A stretch of 64,000 nucleotides of DNA, from NCBI GenBank assembly GCA_038087875.1, contig CM076000.1:186001-250000 (forward strand), in the 5' to 3' direction. The number at the start of each line of letters is the position of its first letter. Within the stretch, counting starts at the first letter, position 1. A program made the translations under genes and the position numbers. The DNA comes from Malacoraja senta. Taxonomy: Eukaryota. Of the stretch, positions 11,107-23,462 are shown piece by piece. The notes beneath the pieces were generated by a model, which did not search any database, was not told where the DNA came from, and saw nothing but the letters and a program-made list of their open reading frames with translations.

Positions 11107-12394
11107 AGACCTACTGATATAAGTCTGTTAATGTAATACTGTGACAGTATTGTTACATGAAACCTTTAAGCAATAAAACTGAGGTCTGAGCTAGACCTAC
11201 TCAGCGAAGTGAGGTAATTGGCACTCATGGTGATTGATAACATTAAAAATTAACTGGAAGTTCCTTTCAGACATCATGTGATAGCAATGATGACTATTTT
11301 ATTCATACCACTTGATACCACTTGCAAAGAGTCAACTCTACATCTTTTAAAAATTAATTGGCTTGTAGATAGTTCATTGGCATCACAGGCATTGACTTCA
11401 GGTTAGTAGGTTAATTAGCTTCTATAAATTGTCCCTCGTGAGGAGGATAGAACTAGTGTGAATGGGTGATCGTTGGTCGATGTGGACTTGGAGGGCCGAT
11501 GGGCCTGTTTCCACACTGTATCTCTAATACTAAAAGTAAATCTGTACTTGCTGAACCTTCCACTGTGTTGTACACTTCAGTTCTAAAGGGTGGAGGATAT
11601 TTTCCACTTTCATTCTGTTAACATTGACCAGAAAGGTTTTACCTCTGAACAAAGGAGTTTTCACAGTTTACAGTTTTCAACTTTCATAAAGTCAAACTGC
11701 ATGCAAACCGTTTCCTTCAGCATACTGAGTTTGCATCATCCATCAAGCACCCATTTACACCGAAACCACACTAATCGCCTATTCTCTCCATATTCCCTTT
11801 AATTCCCCCAGATTATACCACTTAGCTACAGACTATAGGCAATATACAGTAGCGAATTAACCACATGCCTATGGAAGGTGGGTGAAAACTGGAGCATCTG
11901 GAGAAAGCTCCATTGTCACAGGAAGCAAATTCCAAGCAGATCACAAGGAGGGTGGGATGGAACCTGAAATCACATGCGCTGTGAGAAAGAAGCTCTATAT
12001 ACATACTCTCACTTCCATACTGAATGGATGTATTACAATTTCAGTGTTTGTAATGAATGATCCAGCAAACGTTTACAAAGAAACATTGTACTTTTGCCCT
12101 CTGACAATTATTCAGCTTGAACTACTTGTGATATATTATGCCTTCAATAGCGTGATTTTAAAGCCCATTGTTCGACATCCTCTGGTGACTTGGCATCTGA
12201 ACTATCCTTTCCTCCGCTTGCCTTTCCAGCTCATTCTATATTTGTTGTAGATGTCTGAAAACACAAGGTTGGGCATGTGTTGAAGGCAATTGGTACAATA
12301 ACTCAGAGTCCAAAGAAGGGTCTCCATCTGAAACGTCACCTATGCATGTTTTCCAGAGATGCTGCCCGGCCCGCTGAGTTACTTTGTGTCTGGC

Positions 12395-12673
12395 ACTGAG
12401 AGTGCTAACTGTCTCAGTGGCGTCTGGCTGCATCCGGGGCACTTCCTGCAGCGTGCAGCCTTCTGGGTAAGCATTGCCGGCTTGAGTTCTGTCTAACCAA
12501 TGGAGCACTTCCTGCAGCATGCGACCTTCCGGGTAAGCAGTGCCACCATGCCGATTTGTTTCCGACGTAAACTTGAGTGATTGTACAGTGTTGTGGAAAT
12601 TACAAATTGCCAGAATCGTTTACGTAAGTGCATGGTTACGTAAGTCGCCTATTGCGTAAGTTGGGGAGGTCTG
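12395..12673. mobile_element. Partial Tc1/pogo-like (Tigger-type) non-autonomous element
   Basis: Ends ...cgtaagttggggaggtCTG|TA with repeated cgtaag subterminal motifs; ~40 bp internal direct repeat at 12439 and 12506; partner TIR not seen. Confidence 0.45.
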
Positions 12674-13056
12674 TACTGAAAGTTTTCAATTAACTTGTGC
12701 ATTTCTGAAGGAAGATTCATGCTCTCCTTTAGAATGGATTGTAATAATCATATCACCACGGAAAATAAATTGCAGAATTCCTTGGAAACCATCCATATTC
12801 CAATCTTTCGTGAAACTCTACTTCCCATTGAATCCTATGTTATGCGTGGATACGTTCTTGCGGGATGTTTTTATGATAACTGAATGAGAGCTTCACAGCA
12901 GGCAGCCACTAGAGATGTTGCTTGTCAGTTTCCAAAATAAATCTCTTAATGGCCAGTAACTACATTTGGAGACAAGATGCACATCACATTCCAGCCTTCA
13001 TTTTGAACAGATACATACAGTTTTAAACACATGTCAAATATAGGTATATTCTTGGA

Positions 13057-13160
13057 GCAGGGTGGGGGAGAGGAGAGGAGAGGAGAGGGAAGGGGGGTGC
13101 GGGGGGGGGGGGGGGTTCGGGGGTGGGGGGGGGATCGGGGGCGGGTGGGGGGGGGGGGGT
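13057..13160 (+). repeat. G-rich low-complexity tract (G-quadruplex potential)
   Basis: More than eight runs of 4 or more G. Confidence 0.8.
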
Positions 13161-14850
13161 TAGAACTGCCAGACGGCAAAATGAAAAAAATGTGCTTTAA
13201 AAAAAAAAAACATTTTCTGTGCATGCATCAAGAGATACCAGTTAACATCATAAAAACAGACAAGTTTTTACTTACGTTTGCATTTCAAGTTTACATTCAA
13301 TTTTCATCCACTAATTCAATAAGAGCGAATTTTATACCATATCTAAGATTTCTGGGTAGTGATTTGTGAATCCCATAAGAGAGAGTTTCTGTAACCAAAC
13401 AGCCTTAATGGAGGGATCACATGTAACTTGTTTTTAATCACTTGGTTTATCACTCTTTTACATCAACCGCACAGAATTAACACTTTAATCCTCTGGCGCC
13501 ACTCCTATGGCGGAGACGGGTTGAACAATTTGCAGCTTTGCATGCAACCTTGCCCTCTGATGTCTTGCCACCTGAATTATCCTTTACCCCTCAATTTCCA
13601 CCTCTGCTTCTTTAGGTGGTCTGGGATATATTTAATCTTGGCTCAACGAAGACATCTTTAATACTTTCTATTGAGTTTATCACAATCAATTTTTCACATT
13701 AATATGTCTTAACTACAATATTGGCCTTATTGTGAAATCGGTCCACAAATGTAATTAAAAACCTGCCAATATCCTCAGCCTCCCCACACATTATTTTTCT
13801 GGTCCCTTTTTAAGTCATGTTCTTTCCTCGGATGTCTAACTGCTCTTGTTGGCACAGGAACCTGCAGATGTTGGATTCTTGACCAAACCCCAAACTGCTG
13901 GCAAAGTTCAGCAGTTGAGTCAGGCAGCATCTGTGGAGGGAAATGAACAGACAACATTTAAGGTTGGGACCCTTCTTCTGACTCTGGCTAAAGAAAAATC
14001 TCAACCCGAAGTATTGTCTGTCCATTTCCTTCCACTGCCTGGCTCAATGAACTTTGTTTTTTTTTGCTCTAATTGCTCCTCTTCCACATATTAAATAACT
14101 GGATTTCTGTGATTTTATTTACCAGTCTTTTTCAGGCCCCCTTTTTATTTTCCCGATTTCCTTCTTTAAAGTCACTGCGACATTTTTTATCCTCGTCCAG
14201 TCATTGTGTAGGTGAAGCTCTGTGTCACTTCCCTTCCCTACCCTTTATGCACTTTGTCAGACAGGTTATTCTGGATTTGGTGATCGCACCCATTTTCCTT
14301 TGTGTTTATCCTAAACCCTTTGAATTTCCTTGTTGTTGTAATACCATGGAATCCAATAGGTTACATTCTATCTCATTGAAAGTGGAAGTATCTTGGTACT
14401 TTTATTGCTCAAATGTTACTTACCTGAATGTTATCCAGGTCTTACTGCGCATGGGTGTAAAATGGATTTCCGCTTCTTTGTGTGAACACTGTGCACCTGG
14501 CCAGTTTGTCCCATTGTAGGTGAGCTATCAGTGTTGTAACTGTACTGGAATTGCTTGGCTAAATATATATTACTGTTGGAGTTCATGTCTTAAGTTCTAT
14601 ATCTGGGAATTTCACCAGTCCCATAACATTTGCTGTATCACTTGCATTCAGCCATTCCTTGACATCACTTACAGGGAAGGGAGAGAGAGAAATTACTTGT
14701 AAATTGCTGCAGTACAGAGGTAGCTGATTAAAAGTCAGTGGTATCCCAAATTCCTAATAGCAACCTCTGAGCCTTCATATGCCCCTCTAATTGTGCCAGT
14801 TGTTCGGTACATGGTTAGCTAAGATTAACATGCAGTCTGAATGAAACACT

Positions 14851-15044
14851 AAATGACACAAAGTGCCAGAGTAACTCAGCAGCTCAGGCAGCATCTCGAG
14901 ACTCTTCTCCGTTCTGAAGGAGGGTCTTGACCTGAAAGGTCACCTATCCATGTTCTCCAGAAATCTTATCCGTCATGCTGAGTTACTCCAGCACTTTGTG
15001 TCCCTTTGTATCTTAACCAGCATCTGCAGTTCTTGTTTCTACAT
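14851..15044. mobile_element. Short PLE-derived element with an inverted 5' segment and decayed hammerhead core
   Basis: gacacaaagtgc..gagtaactcagc is inverted relative to gctgagttactccagcactttgtgtc; 15-bp TSD with 2 mismatches (14836-14850, 15045-15059). Confidence 0.7.
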
Positions 15045-15564
15045 TCTGAATTAAACGCTGTTTCTTGATTAAGGAACGCAAGACTTGATCAAATGACTGA
15101 GACTGAGTTAAGGCAAGAGTTGCTGTGTGATCTTTATACCGGGTTGTTTTCTGAAGGAAACAAATCCTGAGGGACCTAGAGTTATTTATTTCAGTTTCAC
15201 AAATGGAGGATGCTGCTTCATTAACCCATTTCTCTTACTGCTATAACTTGATGTGCATATTGGGATCATCCACAGATAAGGGTGGTCTCGGCTAAATCTT
15301 TTTGTCTTCCCAATGCTGTTCTGGGAATATCTTGGAAAGATTTTGGTGGCAATTGCTAAAAGTTCAGATGTGGAGAACAGCCCTGGCATTTCCATGCCTT
15401 TTGTTGTACAGCATCATATATTGCTGCAACATGGATACAGGTCAATTCAGTTCAAATTTGCAGCAGTCTTTTTCTCTACTTTACTATTCACTCAATCTCC
15501 TGTTTACTCCCTGAAAGTAACAACGCAGATTATAATTGGAAGAAGGAGTTTATTCTCATTTATT

Positions 15565-15842
15565 GTGACGTCTTCCATCTTTCTTCTAAAATGTTGAAAC
15601 TGAAGCCCCATCTGTGCTCTCATATGGATGTGAAAGATTCCACTGTACTATTTTGAGGAGAAAAGAACAGGTGTTCGGGCCAATATTTGTCGCTTGATGT
15701 TTTTTTCTCATAAATAAGCAAATGATCTGGTTGTTCACATATTGCTTTTTATAGCATAATGCTAGATGCCCCATTTTCCTGCATTATATTTGTGAGTGCA
15801 CTTCAAAAGTACTTTATTTATGCAGACTGTTTGACATCCTGT
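15565..15842 (+). mobile_element. Ancient Deu-domain SINE (SacSINE1/AmnSINE1-like) remnant
   Basis: ttgaaactgaagccccatctgtgctctcatatggatgtgaaagattccactgtactattttgagg...cacttcaaaagtactt resembles the Deu domain as I recall it. Confidence 0.55.
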
Positions 15843-16561
15843 AAAGGTAATGGCATGAGGCAAAGGTTTTCTGGTTTACTTTCAACCCTCCTCTCTATGT
15901 TCCACCCTTCCTTCAGTCATTCACTTTGAACCATCCTGTAAGTCTGGAGTAGAGTTACTGCAGTGTCTAGATAATTACCGAGACCATTCTGAGCATCTTC
16001 CAAGCTACAATCTCTATCACCAAGGAGAACAAGGGAAAAGGGTTCAAAGAACACCATTTGCAGGTTCCACTTAAAGTTGCATAGCTTCCTGACATAAATA
16101 TATCATGGTTCCATCATTGTGTTAGAATCCAAATCCCAGCACTCTTCACCCAACGCACTCTGGCAGTATGTTCAGCACAATGACCATAGTGGTTCAAGAT
16201 GATGGCCCATCCATCAGCTTATTCTCAAAGCCATGGTGCTATACAGCATGGAAATTCTGCCCAACTCCTCTGTGCCAACCAATTTGCGTTACCGAGCTCG
16301 TCTCACCTGCCCATATCCCTCCAAATCTTTCTTATCCATGTATCTGTCCAAGTGTTTTTTAAATGGCGTAATTGTACCCACCTCTATCACGTCCTCTGGC
16401 AGCTCATTCCATATATGCACCACCCTCTGTGTGAAAGAGGTGGCCTTATGTCCCTATTCTCCTTCTCACCTTGAACCTATGCCCTATAGTTTTAGACTTC
16501 CCTGCCCAAGGTAATAGGCTGTGACTAGATATTCCCCTCATGCTGTAATATACTTCTACAA

Positions 16562-17620
16562 GTTTAGTTTCAGTTCAGTTCAGTTTATTGTCACGTGTAC
16601 GGAGGTACAGTGAAAAACTTTTGTTGCATGCTAACCAGTCAGCAAAAAGACAAAACATGATTACAATCGAGCCATTTACAGTGTATAGATACAAAATAAA
16701 ACAATTCCTCCAGTTTGATGACCTCGAAAAGATCATCCACACATCTCCTCCCGCCTAGATTACTGCAACTCCCTTTACACGGGCATCAGCCAATCATCCC
16801 TGTCCCGCCTGCAACTGTTCCAAAACGCCGCAGCGAGACTCCTGATGGGCACCCGAAAAAGGGACCACAACACCCCGATCCTGGCCTCTCTCCACTGGCT
16901 CCCTGTGCGGTTCCGTATAAATTTCAAGATCCTCCTCTATGTCTACAAAGCCCTCAATGGGCTTGCCCCCACCTACATTAAAAGTATTCTCACCCACCAC
17001 TCCACCTCCAGGTCCCTCAGATCGGCCGACTTGGGGTTGCTGAATATACCGCGGTCTAGGCATAAGCTCAGGGGCGACCGCGCCTTTGCGGTTGCAGCTC
17101 CTAGACTGTGGAACAGCATCCCTCTTCCCATCAGAACTGCCCCCTCCATCGACTCCTTTAAGTCAAGACTAAAAACGTATCTGTACTCCCAATCCTTTCT
17201 TGACGTCCTCTGAGCGAGGGCTATATGTATATATGTATGTAGCTTGTTTGTTTATACTATTCTTATAACAAATGTAAAGCACTTTGGCCAACAAGAAATG
17301 TTTTTTAAATGTGCTATATAAATAAATGTGACTTGACTTGACATGATAAGGGAATAACGTTTAGTTCAAGCTAAAGCCACCAAAGTCCGATCAAGGATAG
17401 TCCGAGGGTCACCAATGAGGGAGATCGAAGTTCTGTTCCAAGGTAGATAGTAGTTCAGATAGTAGTGCTCTCTGGTTGTGGTAGGATGATTCAGTTGCCT
17501 GATAACAGCTGGGAAGAAACTGTCCCTGAATCTGGAGGTGTGCGTTTTCACACTTCTATACCTTTTGCCTGATGGGAGAGGGAAGAAGAGGGAGTGGCCA
17601 GGGTGCAACTCGTACTTGAC
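16562..17620 (-). mobile_element. Rex1/Babar-like 3' end split by an L2 insertion
   Basis: rc ORF HPGHSLFFPLPSGKRYRSVKTHTSRFRDSFFPAVIRQLN; colinear with the 42330-43320 copy once the L2 is removed. Confidence 0.8.
16694..17340 (+). mobile_element. L2 LINE 3' fragment
   Basis: LDYCNSL...QNAAARLL...LASLHWLPVRFRINFKILL...RAFAVAAPRLWNSIP...FKSRLKTYL; (gactt)n tail; ACA repeated at both junctions. Confidence 0.9.
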
Positions 17621-17734
17621 AAAGTCACGCGTGCGAAATGCCCTCTTCCCCTCCCTGTTTACATTTGGTGACACTTTCCTGAACCCCTTGGTGTCTCTGT
17701 TCTACAACACTGCCCAGGGCCCTTCCATTAACTG

Positions 17735-18656
17735 TGCGTCCTGCCCTGGTTTGTCTCACAAGAATGTCAGGCGCTTCGACCGCCCCGATGTGGGGGCTTC
17801 GATCGACGACTGCGGGAGCTTCACTTGCCCCGACTCCTGATGGTTCGACTGCCCCAACCTCGGGAGAATTAAGAGGAAAGAAGATTAGACCTTCACCTCT
17901 CCCCTCGACTCCATTCAAAGACCTAAGCAGTCGTTCCAGGTGCGACAGAGGTTCACCTGCATCTCCTCCAACCTCATCTATTGCATCCGCTGCTCTAGAT
18001 GTCAACTGATCTACATCGGTGAGACCAAGCGGAGGCTTGCCGATCGTTTCGCCGAACACCTCCGCTCGGTCCGCAATAACCAACCTGACCTCCCGGTGGC
18101 TCAGCACTTCAACTCCCCCTCCCATTCCGTATCCGACCTCTCTGTCCTGGGTCTCCTCCATGGCCAGAGCGAGCAACACCGTAAATTGGAGGAACAGCAC
18201 CTCATATTCCGCTTGGGGAGTCTGCATCCTGGGGGCATGAACATTAAATTCTACCAATTCTGTTAGCCCTTGCTGTCTCCTCCCCTTCCTCAGCCCTCGG
18301 GCTGTCTCCTCCCACCCCTCAGCCCTCGGGCTCCTCCTCCGTCTTTTTCCTTTCTTCTCCCCACCCCCCATCAGTCTGAAGAAGGGTTTCGGCCCGAAAT
18401 GTTGCCTATTTCCTTCGCTCCATAGATGCTGCTGCACCCGCTGAGTTTCTCCAGCATTTTTGTGTACCGAAGATTAGACTTTGTTGCCTTCCATCACAAT
18501 GAGGAATGTGGGGAATCCGCTGTGGTGGATGTTTATGTTAACTTTTATGTAGTTGTGTGTCTTGTTGCTTTTTTTAGTATGACTGTACGGTAAATCAGGT
18601 TTCACTGTACCTAAATCGGTACACGTGACAATAAAATACCTTTGAACCCTTTGAAC
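17735..18656 (+). mobile_element. GC-rich non-coding retroelement relative, interrupted by a Penelope fragment
   Basis: gactttgttgccttccatcacaatgagga block shared with 10490-10520; 3' hairpin + tgacaataaa + (ctttgaac) tail. Confidence 0.6.
17891..18468 (+). mobile_element. Penelope-like element 3' fragment (GIY-YIG endonuclease + hammerhead-bearing 3' repeat)
   Basis: NLIYCIRCSRCQLIYIGETKRRLADRFAEH...AQHFN; 11-bp TSD GAAGATTAGAC at 17880-17890 and 18469-18479. Confidence 0.9.
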
Positions 18657-18905
18657 GGATGCAACATCTCCCGTTTATCTGAATTAAATTCCATCTGCAA
18701 TTCCTCAGCCCATTGGCAGAGTTGATCAAGATCCTGTTAAAATCTAGATAATCTCCTTCACCATGCACTGTACCACCAAATTTAATGTCATCCACATATT
18801 GCATTGCCACCTGCATTCACATACAAATCATTAATGTAAATAATAAACAGCAGTGGACCCAGCACTCATCCTTGTGGTACGTAACTCATACGTACCACAA
18901 GGATG

Positions 18906-19216
18906 CAGCGGTAGAGTTGCTGCCTTACAGCGCTTGCAGTGCTGGAGACCCGGGTTCGATCCCGACTACGGGTGCTGTCTGTAAGGAGTTTGTACGTTCT
19001 CCCCGTTACTGCGTGGGTTTTCTCCGAGATCTTCGGTTTCCTCCCACACTCCAAAGACGTACAGGTGTGTAGATAAATTGGATAGGTGTATGTGTAAATT
19101 GTCCCTAGTGTGTGTCGGATAGTGTTAATGTGCGGGGATCGCTGGTCGGTGCGGACTCGATGGGCCGAAGGGCTTGTTTCCGCGCTGTATCACTAAACTA
19201 AACTAAACTAAACTAA
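18906..19216 (+). mobile_element. tRNA-derived V-SINE (HE1-like), near full length
   Basis: A-box region gcagcggtagag, B-box ggttcgatccc, V-domain gtttgtacgttctcccc...ggtttcctcccacactccaaag, CR1-like tail and (actaa)n. Confidence 0.85.
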
Positions 19217-20299
19217 AAATAACAGGCATCCAGTCTGAAAACAAACCCTCCATCAATACTCTGTCTCCTACCTTCAAGCCAATTTTGTATCTAACTGGCT
19301 AGCTCACAATGGATCCCATGTGATCTGATCAACCAAAACGGCCTACCATGTAGTTCCTTGTCTAAGGCAATGGCAATTAACAATAAAATGGAGATGCTGG
19401 CTCTTCCAAAGATGCCACATTCTGAAAGTAATTAAATAGATAAATTCTCTTATCACCAAGTCTAGCCAATCTGTTTCCTGCTGCAATATCAGAGAAGAAG
19501 GCTGACATTTTATATTGTAGCAATGCTCAAGATATTAAAAAGTGTATTGAACGGAAAAAAAATCCAATCTTGTCATGAGGATAAGTATGATCATTTTATG
19601 GAATGATAATTGCTGGGTTTCTAAGAAATGTTCAAAACATCCTAATTTGTGTGTAAACATGACTAAATGGAATACCTAGTTTAATATTAAAGCTTTAAAC
19701 ATGTAATTACATTATTTCTCTGCAAGGTAAATATGTTTAAAATTGACACACAAAATCACAGCAGACCTGATTTAAAAATTAATGAAAATCAGTAGGATAC
19801 ACAGAGCTAGTGATTTTGGGCTGCTTGCAGTCTTGGTAACATATGACAATTTATAAAGATTGTGATTGTTCTGTAGCAATCATAAACAATCAGTGCATTT
19901 CTCGAATTACCCTCAGGGTGCCAAATAGGCTGAGAGATGTGAATTTAGGGCAAAATAGAACTGATAACTGATGCTGGGGAGAATATGTAAAGGATACTGT
20001 CATCTAATGGAAATTCTGCAATTACAAAGTCAATAATTTCAACTTTGATAATGAAGGCTATTTTCTGCTGGTTCCAGAGAGCTAGCAATAGAAAAATTGT
20101 ACGTCCCGAAAGTGAAAAGCACAAAATAAGAAAGTAAAGGCTCCCTCAGTCCTGCACTATTGACAATACTTTGTGCTGAAGTATGGCTTAAAACCATGAC
20201 ATTTATGATCCAGAGAAAGCATGTTTGAACCATGAACTATACATAAAACAAGCCAACCTGTTCCTACAATACATCACCTGAACAAAAAAAAATAGCCAC

Positions 20300-20580
20300 T
20301 CGCACACCTGCAAAACTGTCCATATCTCTGGAGCCACCTCAGAGCAAAGGCAGACATTGAGGGGAAACTCATCACCACCTTCAGTGCACCAGCACAGCTC
20401 TTGTCTGTGAGGCAAGAGGGTTCAAGACATGAATCCCTGGACAAAGCTTATGGTGTTCCAGGCAGCAGTGATCCTCGCCGTCCAGTATATTTCAGAGACA
20501 CGCACCATCTCAAGCACTTTCATCGAAGCACTGGAGAGGTCTACCGATACTGTGTTTTAAAGAATTTTCCAAATCCATAT
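20300..20580 (+). mobile_element. Highly decayed RTE-clade LINE fragment
   Basis: ccatatctctggagccacctcagagcaaaggcagacattga (PYLGSHLS.KADID-like) and acaaagcttatggtgttc (TKLMV.), read across frameshifts. Confidence 0.5.
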
Positions 20581-20825
20581 GCAGAATAAGCAAATAATAA
20601 GCAAAAAGGTCTGAAGGCACGAAACGTCACCCATCCTTTTTCTCCAGAGATGCTGCCTGGATTTTGTGTTATATTTGCCTCTGCTCTCACGGTTATAAAC
20701 TTAACTGAATGAAAACAAAACCAGAAGAGTGATAATGAGTTATTACGACAAGAATGGAAAGTGGTCCAGCCATGATAGCTGATTATTTCTGCAATAATGA
20801 ACAAAAATGCATGACAAATGCAAGT

Positions 20826-21135
20826 TAGACAAAAATGCTGGAGAAACTCAGCGGGTGAGGCAGCATCTATGGAGCGAAGGAATAGGTGACGTTTCGGGTC
20901 GAGACCAGACTGATGTGGGGGCAGGAAGAAGAAAGGAAGAGGCGGAGACAGTGGGCTGTGGGAGAGCTGGGAATGGGAGGGGAAAGAAGGAGAAAGCAGG
21001 GACTACCTAGAATTGTAGAAGTCAATGTTCATACCACTGGGGTGTAAACTACCCAAGCAAAATATGAGGTGCTGCTCCTCCAATTTACGGTGGGCCTCAC
21101 TCTGGCCATGGAGGAGGCCCAGGACAGAAAGGTCG
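20826..21135 (-). mobile_element. Penelope-like element 3' fragment
   Basis: Reverse complement of the GIY-YIG C-terminus (ggccagagtgag..ggaggagcagcacctcatatt) and 3' repeat seen at 49830-50135. Confidence 0.85.
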
Positions 21136-22128
21136 ACAAATGCAAGGATGCTTTGGTGTTTTTTTTAACTTGGTTCTATATAAAAGAAAATTTAACACAT
21201 TTGCATTCAGGTCCAAAAATAACACATGTTATAACACCAGGGTTTTTTCTCATTATTAGTACAAAGCTTTTGTGTGCTTCTCGTATTTGTGTTTCAAGAT
21301 CAGAAGTCAATGCACTATGAAAGTGGCAATGCTTCAGAGATCACTTCTTCTAACCCAGGCAGTGACATTTCCTAGAAAGCTCCCCTTTGTATAAAGAATG
21401 AACCATGTTGAAGCAAAATTGCTGAAGCTTGCATTGTGGTTTGGGAGAATTCTTGCTCTGGTGCATGTCTTTCACTTAGTCTGTACCTTCACAGTATTCA
21501 TCAAGGTCAACCATGACTCATTTGTCTTTTTAATTTGTTTAGTGAGTACATATCATTATGCCGCATAAAGTAAATTACATTGCGTAGAGAAGAAAGGAAC
21601 ATGTTCCCGGGGAGTGACAGGATGTGCGTTTGTAGTTGCCTGCATATTTTCCTATCTTAATCTCCATTATTGTGCCAGTGAGAGTTTACATTGGACAGGC
21701 AAAATGACATAGCTGTCACCCAAATTAAATTCAAGGAGATGAATGCACCAATCTCAAGCAGGAAATAGGTCCGTCCTAATTTAGCTTGGTTTGCAAAATA
21801 AATTATAGGTGCTAAAATGAATTATTGTACAAACTAAACAATATTTCAGTTTTTGTATTCAGTGGAATTTTTTGATTAAACGTTAGCATGTATTTATTTG
21901 AAAGAGATTTTTTTAACCAAGATCAAAAGTCCCCTTGCTGTACTGTGCCATTCTATTTACTTGAAAAATCCTTCAAACATATATGTACCCTGGCTCACTT
22001 TTTACTGAACACCATCATATCTGTATCAAACAGTGTAACCCGTTCAAAGTTTCCATGGCAGTAGATAGACACAAAAAGCTGAAGTAACTCAGCGGGACAG
22101 GCAGCATCTCTGGAGAGAAGGAATGGGT

Positions 22129-22156
22129 GACGTTTCGGGTCGAGACCCTTCTTCAG
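22129..22156 (-). ncRNA. Minimal type I hammerhead ribozyme-like core in a short PLE-derived repeat (~22065-22160)
   Basis: rc = CTGAAGA-A-GGG tctcga CCC-GAAAC-GTC; conserved core nucleotides present, stem I only ~2 bp. Confidence 0.6.
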
Positions 22157-23434
22157 TAGTTCAGGAGCCTGTAACTGTCTCTTGGATCTCTGTGGTGTTG
22201 CATTTTGCAGCCGCCACTTGCTGCAGATTTGCCTGCGTTATTGCAGGGTTGCCGCGGATGAGTGTTGCAGACCATGCCAATTGTCCTGTCCTCTGCTGCA
22301 GAATCAAGCAGTTTATTTCCAGTGCCAGTAAGTATTTGCAATGCTCCTCAAACGTCCTTCATTGTAAATAGTACCAATGCGATCCAGTTCCTGAAGCAAT
22401 TCAACTGCAGGGAAGAGATGTACATTACACTGTTGTCATGATTGAAGAGCGAGGAGTTTATGTAAACTGGTGTCCCCCATCGTGTCTTTTATTTCGAGAG
22501 AGAGTGAAGAATTAGAAAGGTTTGAAATCACAGATTATTTTTTAATTAAAACTAGGGTTTATGTCGAGCTTTAGCTGAATTTTACTTCAGGCATGAGAAA
22601 GAAGATGTCATGGAGTGGGTAGACAAGGAAATGCAGATGCTAGTATGCAAAAAATACCAAAAGTGCTGGAATAATTGGAGGAACAACTCTTAATTTTACT
22701 CTTACTCTATTAATCAGAGGAACAACTGTTCATGCTCCTCTTGGGTCACTTACTGCCCAATGGTATGAACATTGAATTCTCCACTTTTTGAGAACTATCC
22801 TACAAACACCACCCCCTTTTAACCCCCCCCCCCCTCCATATGTCCCACCCATTGTACACCCATTTCTCCATCCTCCCCTCCCCCAACCCCCATATCTTTC
22901 CACCTATACACCTTCCTCTGGCTTCAACTTTCATGCCTCTTCTATCCTTATTTCTATCCTCTCATTATTTGTCTTTTCATCTTTAGCCTCTGTCGAACCG
23001 TCTGCCAATCAACCGCCTCCCTTCACCTGCATCCACCTATCACTTGCCAGACTGTCCCTTGCATTCCAATCTTGCCTCGCTTATTGCCTCTGTTCTTCAT
23101 CTGTTCAACATAACAGGTTTTTTTTCTTTTGGAGAGCTATAGTTGGCTAGGTCAATCCATGTGGCCATTCTCTCCCTCAAATTGCATGCTATTCTTCCAA
23201 ATTGGAATGCAAAAAGTGAGGATGGTTTACAGTTGTCACGAGATGCAATTAAGATGCAAAACTCATCGTGTGTACAATGTCTTACTCCGAGTTAACTTTC
23301 TGCATGCAGGAATCTATATCTGGAAACAGCAGTGGACAGCAGCACTTATTAAACACTTGGTCTTTACACCATAGATGTGGATTTACAGAACTACCTTGGG
23401 GGGCAGGCAGCATTTCTGGCGAGAAGGAATGGGT

Positions 23435-23462
23435 GACGTTTCGGGTCGAGACCCTTCTTCAG
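23435..23462 (-). ncRNA. Minimal hammerhead ribozyme-like core in a PLE-derived repeat (~23400-23715)
   Basis: Same 28-nt core as 22129-22156. Confidence 0.6.

Noticed and set aside
18906..18970. tRNA gene
   Set aside because: A/B boxes belong to a multi-copy SINE head followed by a V domain; no complete cloverleaf.
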